From Utricularia gibba (taxonomy: Eukaryota; Plantae; Magnoliophyta): 64,000 nucleotides of DNA. The number at the start of each line of letters is the position of its first letter. Within the stretch, counting starts at the first letter, position 1. The position numbers and the translations under genes are program-made. Below the pieces are notes generated by a model. The model saw nothing but the letters and a program-made list of their open reading frames with translations, was not told the DNA's origin and ran no database searches. Shown here one piece after another: positions 1 through 12,377 of this stretch. The stretch is from assembly GCA_002189035.1 (NCBI GenBank), contig NEEC01000004.1, positions 1,798,001 through 1,862,000 of the forward strand. Reading direction: 5' to 3'.

Positions 1-823
1 GAATAAGAAAAAAGAAATTTCATCAATAAAATCTCAATCACTAACAATTGATCTCCACAATTTATTTTATAATCATCCTTTTTCATAATCATTTATAAAT
101 ATGGTTATCGTTCCATTCTATCTCACACATACCAATAAATTTTTTTGATTGCATATTATCATTTTTCTCACACATTGAAAAGAGAATGACCATATTTCTA
201 ATAAACCTCACTTTCCCAATGTTCATAATTTATTAAAAAATATTAATTCTGCTCGTGCATCAATATCAGGGATTATATTTAATGAAGAAAATATCATTAT
301 CGGTTGTTAAATGAGGAGTGGCGACCCATCGGACGTGTGAACTGCAAGCCGCTTTCACCACGTAAATGTGAGGGAGACGAGGACGATCTAGTAAAATGCA
401 CCTATTGCATCGGCCGGCCCATTCTTCTTATTGGGTGGGCTGTCCTTTGCGTTTGTGCATTTTGCAGGAATGGCCCTCTATTGTTAGAGCCCATTTAGAC
501 CTAACTTGCGTTGCCCTGCAGCCATTTTCATTCTGTTTATTATCCATCGTTTAATGGGCCAATTTCACGACACACCATTTGGGTGCATTTGGTTGGTTGG
601 ATATGTATTGTTTGGATTTAAATAATTTGGGTATAATTTATTTGGGTTTAGCTGGGTTGAACCCAAATGTTGTTTGGTTAATAAATTAAGGGTAACCCAT
701 TCAATTTTTTTGGTTAGATATTAATATTTGGGTATTAGGGAATTTTGTATTCAAATTACCAAAACAACCTTATATTTTAATGAATTATTAAACCTCATTC
801 TTCCTTTGATATCATTTAGACAT

Positions 824-2102
824 TGTTGCGTGTCGTTTACTCAAAAAATTTTAAATATTTATAAAACGTAAAATACAAAGAGCGTAATACGAGTATCGAT
901 TTAGGGGAGTAGGTTTTTGGTGAAAAGTGTTTGTAAGAAACTTTTACAAAATGTCACGGTTTTGTAAAATGTAGTTTTTAAGATGTAGAAATAAAAATTA
1001 CAATCTAAGTAACGGGCCTTGACTACGGTACGCAGTTTCTAGGAATAAGATTCCATCTACTTCCTTTGTCCGTCCTTGTCTCAGTTTTCACTGATTTCTT
1101 CCGAATAGTTGGTTATAAGAGCAAAAAATAGCTTACTCTCCCTTACACTTTGATTGACAAAGAGTCACGAGAATAGACTTATGTGATTGCCCTTTGAACG
1201 ATTAGGAAGACAAGAGGATTGACTTCAATTGCCTTCAAAACCGAATTGTGCGCATGTGCCCAGCTGTTGCCAATGGTCAGTGGAAGGTCCGAGGTCACAA
1301 CCTATCCACTGTCGCGGTACCTAGTCCATAAACAATCTACTACTTTCCTTTAACCGGCATGGTTGGAGTTGGTGCTATTCACCTTGATCTTTAGGTAAAT
1401 CCTCAAAGAGTGGCATGCTACTCATGGACATTGACTACGAACCGTTACAAAAAGACTGCGACAATACGCTTAAAAGTATGCAGAATCCGAATTGAATTCA
1501 GCGAAGAACCGAGTGTATTACTCATGATTTGGAAGGAAATTTCATCTACTCCAGAAACTAAAGGGTTTTAGCCACAAAGGGTCATGAAAACAGAAATGAA
1601 ATTGTAAGCTAAGTGTTCTTCTTACTTGAAGGGAGGAAGAACTCAAAAATTCTAAGTTTAGAAAAGAAAATGACAAAAGTCTCAAACTAAGTGCTATAAG
1701 TTGCTTTTATATCACTCCCCACGTGCCTTAACTTCTTTGGCTTTTATTGTAACTTTCCTTTGCATGCAAGTTAGTGCACAATCATTGCTACAGACTCTGA
1801 CATGCCGTATGTCATGGCCTTGACCAATGTCAGTCTTCCGCCCACAATCGTTCCAAGTCGCGTACAAGACACGAAAAGTCAGAGTCTGACCACCTATAAT
1901 ACTCCTGTAACACTCCATGACAGTCTCCTGACATGTTTCGATCAAAGTGTGAGAAAAAAGATATAAAATATACACAAAATGGGATAATAGGAATTTTCTA
2001 ATAAAATCAAATACTTAATAATAAGACTTTTAATTTGAACGACTTCATACATAATTAACACATAATAATACCTAATAATTAACTAAAAAATGATACTTAA
2101 CA
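824..2102 (-). mobile_element. Solo LTR, family A (Athila-like Ty3/gypsy LTR), copy 1
   Basis: Reverse-complement homologue of 16678-17989 and 22093-23377. Termini TGTTAAG...CGCAACA on the minus strand. Flanks GACAT (819-823) and GCCAT (2103-2107) form a 4/5 TSD. Confidence 0.85.
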
Positions 2103-3056
2103 GCCATATAGGGTATACTTCCCATTAATAAGAAGAATTCATATGATCAAGTAACATTTTGATTTGTGGCATTTAGTTTAAGTATGTAATGGATTTTTAC
2201 ACCATCCAATGTGGATAGGTCATGGGTTTATGAATGAATTTTCGTTTTGGATGATTTTGAAATTAGTACTTAATTGTCATCATGAATCATCATCATTACA
2301 GAAAACCATACTCATATGCGTACTCAATTTTGAATAATAACTAGGCTAAATAACAGGGCTTTCACTTTAATGTATTCTAGTTTCATGATATCATCTCATT
2401 CTTATCATGAGTGTTTGTAAAATAGTTTTTATTTAATGCACTATTATTATTAATATGATGATTTTGTGATTCTATTACTGATTTAATTTCATGTCTTAGA
2501 TATTCTTTCGATAAAATTTTATTAAAAGCATATCTATCTATATATATTTGATTTATTTGTATTACACAATTGACAAGTTATGGATTCCAATATAATCAAT
2601 AAAAAAACGTCAAAAGAGTTCACAAGAAAAAAAACAATTGGTTGTAGCATTCAAAACAATTATCGAAGAAGAATGAAAAGTTTAAAATGATTTTCGAGCA
2701 AGATACCATGTATCAATTTTCATAGCAAAGTAACATCTGATCATCTTATATCAATTCTCATAGCAAAAGTAACAAGAAAATAAAAAGTCAATAGGAAATG
2801 CAGATTTTATGATGGAGTTAAAAGTTTTTAATAAACGAACAACTATTGTCATAGAATTAGCTACCCCTAAATTTCGAGGTGGTGAATTAGTAATGCAAGT
2901 GAAATAACATGTAAGAGTTACCTAGTTGCAATATGCCTATTGAAATTTCAATTTCCCAATTAACCAAAATTTGTGAGAATATTTTCACAAATAAAAAACA
3001 TAAATTGGAATTAAAATAATAACTTTCCAATAAAAACAATTTCATTGATGTTAACA

Positions 3057-3553
3057 TGTTGAAGGCCAAAATCGGTGTGCCGGTTTGGGGCCGATTTTCG
3101 CATTGCTGGCGGTACCGTTTTCCTTGTTTACCGTCCGTTGGTTGATCGAATGCAATAGAGATAGATGGGGATTTTTTACGTGGAAACCGCCTTGAGGTCG
3201 AAAAACCACGGAGCTGTCGGAGCTCATCGGAGAGAATATTCACTAGGTCTGGACTGTGAAAAAAAGAAGTCCCATAAAGATTGTTTGCCCCGTTTATTTA
3301 TAGGGGAAGTCAGCCTATCCGATTCTGTGTCCCCGCGGGCTTCGGTTACCTTTGCACCTGCTATGCGACCTTGCTTTTCCAGATACCGTAAGCCTATTCT
3401 GCCATAATTTAACCACTTTTCAAACTGCGTCATACAGCCGCCGTTGCAGATTTCTGACATACATCGATCTGTCGACAGTCACCTTTTTCCCAAAGCCTCC
3501 TTTTACAGTCTTTTCAGAGACCGATTATCTACGCCCTAATTTACACCCCATCA
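3057..3553 (-). mobile_element. Solo LTR, family B (probably Ty1/copia), copy 1
   Basis: TGTTG...CCATCA termini; perfect 5-bp TSD TAACA (3052-3056, 3554-3558). Shares TTTTACGTGGAAACC...AAAACCACGG with 6026-6567. CTATAAATA on the minus strand sets the orientation. The copia assignment is inferred from recalled LTR motifs. Confidence 0.85.
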
Positions 3554-5067
3554 TAACAATAACTAATATAATCAAACTTTCATCTATTATGAAATTATTA
3601 GGTCATACACAAAATCGAAATAAAAATATTTAAATTACTGCATGTAAGAGTTACCTTGGTTGCTGAGCATCTTAAGAATTACTAATGGACTTCATCAGAT
3701 TCCACTGATTGTCGTCAATCTTTCAACAAAATATATCAAAGTAGGCCATTCAACGTTCTCTCGAACGATGATTGTCGTATGTCTTTCATCTATTGCCTAT
3801 TGCAATAATTGTTTTTATTTTTTTCAATTTTTGGATATTGAAAAGGGTATAATTGTCGAATTTGAAGTAGATACTCTCAAAATACGAAAAAATTGATGAA
3901 ATACATACTTTCCTATTTATGATTTGTAAAATATATCTTTTGGGATTGAGTTAGGAAAATACATCAGTTTGTATAGAAAACTAATTGTGCAAGTTGAATT
4001 TACTCAGCTTTACAAAAGATGTGCATCAAAACATTGAAAAAATACAAATTTGGAGCATATTTACATTTCCAAATCTCTTGATAAAAACTTCCAGCACAAC
4101 TCAAAAGCATCATGATTTATCAAATGTTTAAGTACTCTTCTGCAAGAGTCGAATGGGATGTGGGTTATGCTTCCTATACAAGTTAAAGTAATGAATCACA
4201 TCAAGAATAAAAACTGTGTCTAGATAAATTATCATTAATGTAGAAAGAACTGAAATTTCATATCTCTGTTTTTACATTTTTTTCAAGAATTGCTTCAAAA
4301 ATCTCATAAGCTATGACATTTCATAACCAAAAATAGTATATAAGATGTAGTTTGCAAATAAAACATGTAAAATGATGTATTTTCCCAACATTACACAAAA
4401 AGATGTATTTTGCAAACTAAAAATAGGAAAATATGTATATGACTAAGTCAGCCCTCAAAATACATATAATTAGTGGATTTAAAAAATACTCTCAAATTAA
4501 ATTTATAAATGATTCTATGTGAATTTTGATTTAAATACTAGTTACATATTTAGTGCTATACCAAATAAATATTTCTTTTATTAACTCACTTATACCAATT
4601 TTTTATATACAAACTAAACGTACCTTTATATATATAATATATTGTTTTTTTTAGTGTTCATATCATTTGCATGCTAATTTAAATAAGAAAACATTTATGA
4701 TCCAATAATCAATTTCAATGTCCAATAAATAAATTTAAATAGACTTAAAAATGTATATGTTTTTAATTATTATGATTTATATATTATTATAGAATATTGG
4801 GGGAGAATTGATCGAAAACAAAGTTCATTTACAAATCTGATCATCTCATAAAATAAGATAAAAAATTAAAATTGAGTATGAGTAGTTTTATTATTACAAG
4901 GTGCACCTGCTACTCTGGTCCATATGCACGTGCCCTTGTGCTTGTTTTAGAAGCATCAACATTTTGGAAGGTAAAGACAAATATAATAATCATATCGGTA
5001 GCCTTCTAAATTCAGGTTTCGTCGGGATCAGGGTGCGTGTGTGGGTCCCACTACCCCGTACCTACCT

Positions 5068-5240
5068 TCCCACGTGTATTTATTGATAACCTAATTCACC
5101 TCAAAATATCTGCTCAACTTGTGGCCTGGGGCAACACTTAAATGAAAAAAAAAAAAAACCCTCCCACGTGCATTTATGATAACCTAATTCAGATCAAAAT
5201 ATCTGCCCAACTTGTGGGGCAAAACTTAAATGATAAAAAA
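5068..5240. repeat. Imperfect tandem duplication, ~94-bp unit, each unit with a CACGTG G-box
   Basis: TCCCACGTG(T/C)ATTTAT...GATAACCTAATTCA...TCAAAATATCTGC...CAACTTGTGG...ACTTAAATGA occurs twice; G-boxes at 5071-5076 and 5165-5170. Confidence 0.75.
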
Positions 5241-6025
5241 AATTACCATATTTCTATAAAAATCTCATCAATTCAACTACAATCATTTTTCATGATAACC
5301 AATAGCAAAACAATATCCAATTCTCTTCCATGTTTAATTATATTTATTTTTTAATTTTCATTTATAATTTAATTTAAGTTTATTAATTTATAGATAATAT
5401 AAAATATGATATTCAGATATTAATATCACTTGTGAATTATACTATGAATTATTTACAATTACTATAACTCTCTATTGTGGTCCAAAAATTTGGTTGTTTG
5501 TTTAGCTTCTTTCCATAAGCAATCAATTGTGCACAATCTTATTTGTACAAAAAATAAATTGAAACGAGACATTGCTCGGTGGTGTTTTGGATGAGAGTTT
5601 AACTCTCAATCCTATGATGTAGAAAATGCATGGATAAAAAAATGTGGGGTGATTTTGAAAAATAACCTCTGTGAATTGAGGATGTTAGAAATCTAAACAT
5701 ACTATGTATATTTTTTTGTGCATAGTATGTGAGAGAGAAATGGAGGGTGGGTAAATTTCAAAACGAACTCGTTTGAGTGTGCACATCCTATTCAAACAAG
5801 CAGATTTGATGAACTTACACCAGAGAAGATGCATGATGTCAAACCATAAGCTCCACAAATGAAACCCATGAAAATGAGACTCTATCCAAGATCATTTAGA
5901 AAAGTAATCATATTAATTTTATCTCTCATATACTAATATTAATTTTTTACACATACGATAGTTATTTTTGTTACATGAAGAGGATTACTTTTCTTTTTAT
6001 CCACATGAGGAGTTAAGTTATAGAT

Positions 6026-6567
6026 TGTTAAGGGCGAAAATCGATATCTGAGAGAGGGCCGATTTTCAAGTTATGGGTGCGGCTGGATGTGCCGTACCCA
6101 GTTGCGGCTTTGGTGTTTTACTTGATTCGGTTAGCAGAAATGGAGATAGACTGAGGTTTTTTACGTGGAAACCGTCGATGAACGGGAAAACCACGGAGGT
6201 GTCAGAGCTCGCCGAAAAAAATCTTCACTCGACGGAGATGGGGGAAAATACAAGATGGAGTACTTAGAGTTCAACCCCTTCCACTGTAATGTTTCTTGCA
6301 TTTATAGGTGAGTTGAGACTGGCTGAATTCTGAATTCTACAAGTGTCAGTTGTTTTTTGCGTTTGTTGTACATACTGTGATTCTGCCTTCATATAGTCAT
6401 TGACTGCACTGTCATTGTCGTAATTCGACTACTTTTCAATCTATCCAAAATGGTGCCGCTGACAAACCCTGATAGTTATCAATTTGTCGACTTGCATTAG
6501 GGTGTTAGAACACCCTTTTAGCTATTTTTCAAAGACCAGTTAACCTAGTCCTATTTGGACCCCATCA
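6026..6567 (-). mobile_element. Solo LTR, family B, copy 2
   Basis: TGTTA...CCATCA termini; perfect 5-bp TSD TAGAT (6021-6025, 6568-6572); diverged homologue of 3057-3553. Confidence 0.85.
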
Positions 6568-9500
6568 TAGATACTCGGTGATTGTGCTAGAAAGGTATGT
6601 TGAATATATATTTAGTATATGTTTTATGATCTCTAGAATATAATAATATCTTAATATATTGGTATTATATCTAGAACATATCGAATAATAAATTTACTCT
6701 CAAAATTCATAAGACACACCTTGGATCTGTAATACCATATTAAATACTACGATTATGTTTTGATCGTTTATCAGATTAGTTCATTCAGTTTTAATGAAAT
6801 CAATTTGATTTGTATGCTCAACAGTCTCTCGATTCATACTTCATGTTTCTAGGGCACCAAAAGTTTGTATCTTTGTCTTTGCATGTTTTGATCACAATCA
6901 TATACTAAATACATACAATGATCCTCACAAAAGTGTTAGCAGGATTGTGATTGCAGAAATAGGGGTTCCGGGGGCAATGGGGGTGTGGGTGGATCGACCA
7001 TACATTGAGGTTTTGGTAGTGTGGATCCTTCTCTGAATCATCGCCTGAATATCTTTTAAGGATGATGTGGATTGTTACATGATTCGCCACATGAATTCCG
7101 TGTACAAGTTGGACAGTTGAGTTTGATAATATATATGCCAAAGAAACCCCTCATTTGGAAAAGTTGCACGCATCATTTGAACTCCCCACCGGCCGCCACA
7201 TTTGATCGGGGACCCCCCGGCGCGTCACGTGGGCTTTTCGGGGACTCGGACACGGTCTGCTTCTTCTTTTCGGACGTTCATCTTCGTAAAGCCTGCCTCC
7301 TCCAGACGGCAGCAAAACGTTCATCCCTTCAGATTTTTCTGGTTTTTTTAGGATCCGATGAATCTGGTGAACATGCATGTAAATATCAAATACATAAAAA
7401 ATATAAATCATATTAAAAAAAATTAGACTCAATTAATTATTAATAATCTACAATCTTTTATATATTTAATTATTTCAATTTTATTTTTCGATGTGGTATT
7501 GTGTATTATAATATACCCAAATGACCCTGTTTACTAAGCCATATTTTTGGTTGATAGTTCCGGGTGCTCTCGGATGAATCACCGCTTACTTCAGTGGATT
7601 CCTTCAAAATCAATTAAGTCCGATTATAAAAAAAAAGTAATATTATTTATCAATAATAAGATTAATTATGTTTTTATTTGAGAGTATAAAAACTTGGATA
7701 TGATTTTCTAAAGATAGTGTGTGTTTGCATGAATTAGATTGAATTGAATTTTCAATTAAAAATGTTGTGTAGGGAATAAAGTAACACATGTTGGTATCAC
7801 TACTGTGGCCGATGGATAGCCGTCAAGTAAGAAAAGAAACAAGTAAGGATGCACAAATTGGGATGGGCGATGGGGGTCTACAAATGTGAACCTGGGCCGA
7901 TCACAGACCTGAATCTCGAAAGGAGAGGTGAAGATCGACAGGATATTTGCTTTGCTCTCTGAGTTTTCTGACGAGCTGCGGACATGAACCAGTGCACTGT
8001 AATGACACGCCAGCAAACTGAACTCGAAACTTTCCTGGGATTCTTTTGAATTATAATTATGTTGGAATATTATATTAGAGAATGGGGTTGACAATTTTAC
8101 ATTGCTAGTTAAAATTTATTTCAACCAATTTATATGAGAGTTCAATCCAATATTTTTGATGGGATTAACAGTGAGCTATGTGTCAGGTGTATGCATATTT
8201 CTAATTTATTAGATTTGATTGGGATTCCTAAGGACCCTGAAACCCAAAAATGACTAAGTACAATAGGGGTGTAAACACACTCAAAAGCCTCTAGCATGTT
8301 TTGATTCTGAAGATCTGAGTTTTGCTTAGTTTTATCTCAAATCTATTAAGATTTACGGTTCATGTATATATTTGACTGATTTTTAAAATCAATAAGCATT
8401 TTTCAAAGAGACTCTTGAATACTGAGGTATTATGAAATATTTTAAAACAGTGTTTTACGTGACTTAGGTTTTTGATATTTTATTATTCTTTGTGATCGAT
8501 TTATAACAAATTATTAGAAATTTACAAAGTAGAGAGCGATACATGAAATCTTTTTCTGCGGTGTTCTCTCAGATCTTTACACATTTTAATGCTGATAGTC
8601 TCGTAGCAGCAGTAGAATGGGAACAAAAGTCAAAGACTGGAAGCCCGCCCATCCACCACGTTGGTGATAATTTTCTTTTCTTAATTGAGAGTTCATGGTT
8701 CCATACCCCAACCGAATATCGCATTCCAACGAATGATCCGTATCTGCAACGTTCAGGCGTGGAATAGAGATGGATTCATACAAGGGGCATGGAAAGAAAG
8801 AAAGGAGGGAGGGGGGGATATAATGTAAAGTGGCAGTAATGTGCATTTATTGCACATTCATCGTCTCCTCACATTTACTGGGCGCAAGGCCAAGGTGCAC
8901 GTTATCGGATGCAGATGCAGTCGGCCAAGTGGTCTGCACCCTACATTCAAAGCGCCACCCCTACCCATCCCTCTGTCTAACATCCAACCTCTAACCAGCC
9001 TCCATTTACTCCCATCACTCCCACCCCCCCCCCCCCCCCCCCTCTTGATTCCTACCCATCCTTTCCTCCTCCCGTAATCAATTCCACAGGACTCGGTCAT
9101 CGAAACATATCCATCCATCACTTGTTTTCACTGTTCCATTTCTTCTTAAGCGAACGAGAGACGTCACCAATCTCTTCCACCAAAATGCACTTCTGCTACA
9201 TGCTCTCTGCTCACACTGTCTGCATCGGGTCGCGGTTCTTGGTGAAAGATCAGGATCGTGTTTGCAGGGAGACACAACAGCTGACACGTTTTCTGTATCT
9301 CATCCTCCAGACACGAGACTGGCCATTGACTTGGGGTTTTCCATCGCAAACCAAACCCCATGCCAAAAAAATATAATTTCTAACACGTCTTCAGGTTTGT
9401 CATGTGGCAACTTACACCAACATGCATTCCCAATTTTCATCTTTGTTTTTGTTGGCTGAAAAGTAATAAGAACATGCAAAAGTAAGAAACCATATGTTTG

Positions 9501-10851
9501 ATAATCTGATCTACTAAATGTATTTTTGATCACTCAATCTATGAGCCATTTTAAGATTCAAATGGTTTGTTATATAGGATGCAACCGAATTCACAAAATT
9601 AGTAAATGATGAGATCTAATCTCATTCCTGGTATTACGCAAGATTAGGAAGACTAGGATGTTGGTTTTGGTCATCCAAGACCAATAATTATTAAATTAAA
9701 CTTCCTGGAAATAGCCAACAGTTTCAACGAATCATCATGTCTTATTTTGCCTTTCAGGCAAATAAAGCAGAGCTGAAATAAGTGATAGTTGTGTGGCGTC
9801 CATGGGTTTTACGATATCCATTATTCAGACAGACCTCTGGCTGTAAAAGGTAAAAAACTACCAGAATTATAAATTAGGAAGAGTATGGACCCCTTGTTCA
9901 AAAATGCAGTTTGACCCAAATAATTGAATGAAGAGTCATTCGGTCCCCATTTGTTTTATTCAATTGCCCGCATTTGTGGAGTATTTTCTTAATTCATTAC
10001 AATAATTTGGCCATTTTTTTTATTCTGTTAGATATATCACCCCAACAGACACCAATGTTCCAAGCCATTCTCCTACAACATATATATATGCTGTATTTTG
10101 TGGGAACAAGTGGACATCATCCTCATTTAAATACAAAGAAAGGAATTGGGATCTCACACATTTTATTTATTTATATGTTCCAATGTATTAAATCTGGAAT
10201 AAAAAACGTGAATTGTTTCATGGTTTGAACAATTCGAGTAATTCAAATTGTGTTTTAAATTATTTATTTTAAAAAAAATTAATATTTTTCTATAAAAATA
10301 TCAAATCTTAATTGAATCACAATTGAATCATGGTTTCAAATTTTAATGTATTTGATATTTTAATAATAATTATTATATATGTTGTTAGTATAAGATATAA
10401 ATAGGGTAAAATCATATATTTGTAGCTAAAAATAGTGGTTGAAATTTCAATTATTCCCTCTAAATTCTATATTTTAGCCAAAATCCAGAATTCGGAAGTT
10501 TTTTGAATTTTAAATCTTTCGTTGAACTATGATTGAGGCAAAATTCATTTTTTTAATTTTAAAATAATTTAAATATAGTTTAAAGGCGCAATCAAATTTA
10601 TTCAACAATCATGGTTTTGTTTTTTAAAAAAATGTATTCAGGAGGTGTCTTTTCCACTTCCCTCCACATCTAATACCGGCTGAAAAAAATAGATGGCTGG
10701 GCTGGCGAGTGGTTTGAGTTTGCACACAGATCCGCTCCCATCCGATCCCAGTGCAATAACTCTGACAGGCGGTTGCCGGTATCACCGGCTTATTTAACTC
10801 GCCCCTTACGTGTAACCGGAGCAAGAGTCCTCCCTCCTCCAAGCTTCGAAA

Positions 10852-12377
10852 ATGTCGTTCGAAGAAGCTGTTTTCTCAGCCCTGTCGCTTCTCTTCCTCT
10901 TCATCGTTTCAAGGCGTTGCATGGATTTAATCTGGACATGGGCACACTCCATTCGCCCCATCGAATGGCCCCTCCTCGGAATGATGCCGGGGTTGTGCCG
11001 GAATGTTCACCGGATCCACGAGTTCGCGACGGAGGCGATGCAGGAAGCCGGCGGCACGCTCTGGTTCAAAGGCCCCTCGTTTGCCAACATGGATATGCTC
11101 GTCACCTCAGATCCCGCTAATGTGCACTACATTCTCACCAAAAACTTCGCCAACTTCGGGAAGGGCCCTGAGTTCAAGAAGATTTTCGATATTCTGGGCG
11201 AAGGGATTTTCGCGGCGGAAGCAGAATCATGGGAGAACCAGCGAAAGGCTGCCAAGTTGTTCCTAACCAACAACGGTTTTCAGCAGTTGGTGGCCGAAAC
11301 AACTTGGAACAAGGTGGAAATGGCACTCTGCCCTGTTTTGGAATCCGCTGCAAAAACAGGGGATACGAAGGGCTTCGAGGTGCAGGAGGTTTTCCAGCGT
11401 TTTGGATTCGACTGCACTGTGCTTATGATCTTCGGACACGACCCACGATCTTTGTCCAATGAAATGCAGCAGTTTCCAGAAGTAAAAGCCTTTCACGATG
11501 CGGAGGAAGCTGTTTTCATCAGGCACATTTTGCCGGTTGGACTGTGGAGGTGGCTGCAGTACCTACAAATCGGATCTGAGAAGAAGATGACTCGAGCTAT
11601 GGATATAATTAACTCATTTGTGGCAAAATGCATCGGCTTGAAAGAATCCAAGTTGCGTCTTCAGTCTGCATATGAAAATGATTACGACATGTTCGCCTGT
11701 TACAGAAGAGCCATTTCAGAGAAGCATGAAGCTGTGAAGATCTCAGAGGAGGTTTGGAGAGACGCAACATTGAACTTTCTTATAGCGGGAAAAGATTCTG
11801 TAAGTACTACTCTTTCTTGGTTCTTTTGGCTGCTGGCAAAGAATCCAGATAAGGAAGAGAAGCTCCGCAGAGAATTAGCCACACATTTTCCCTCCGGCGA
11901 ATGGAGATTCACCAGCTTGGAACAGCTGAAAAATCTCGTCTACCTCCACGGAGCTCTCTACGAAACGCTTCGCCTTTTCCCCCCATCGCCCTGAATCACA
12001 AAGCGCCCCTGGAGTCGGATACTCTGCCCTCCGGCCACCGCGTGGAGCCGAACTCCAAGATCGTGATATCCTTTTACTCCATGGGAAGAATGGAATCCAT
12101 CTGGGGTGAAGACTGCCTTGAGTTTAAGCCGGAGAGATGGATCTCCGAGCGGGGGTCGGTCATCACGGTGCCGTCCTTCAAGTTTCCGGCGTTCAACGCG
12201 GGGCCAAGGACATGCTTGGGCAAGGAAATAGCATTGATTCAGCTGAAAATCGCGGTGGCCGCGGTGGTCAGCCGGTTCAAGATAGAGGTGGTTGAGGGTC
12301 ACCCTGTTACTCCAAGCGGCTCAGTCATCCTCCACATGAAAAATGGAATGATGGTGAAAGTGAAGAGATATGAGTAA
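10852..12377 (+). CDS. Cytochrome P450, CYP86 clan, CYP96/MAH1-like, paralogue 1; intronless, one -1 frameshift in a C run (11979-11984)
   Basis: ORFs 10852-11994 and 11901-12377 join into a full P450: N-terminal anchor, I-helix AGKDS, ETLR, PERW, heme motif FNAGPRTCLG. Adding one C restores LRLFPPIALNHK, as in paralogue 3. Confidence 0.9.

Noticed and set aside
3660-4180. Possible hAT (ZMYM1-like) or FAR1 transposase remnants
   Set aside because: Weak motif resemblance appears on opposite strands and cannot be supported without a search.
9150-9300. miR156/miR535/miR408-like fragments
   Set aside because: Only 8-9 nt matches, with no complementary arm forming a proper duplex.
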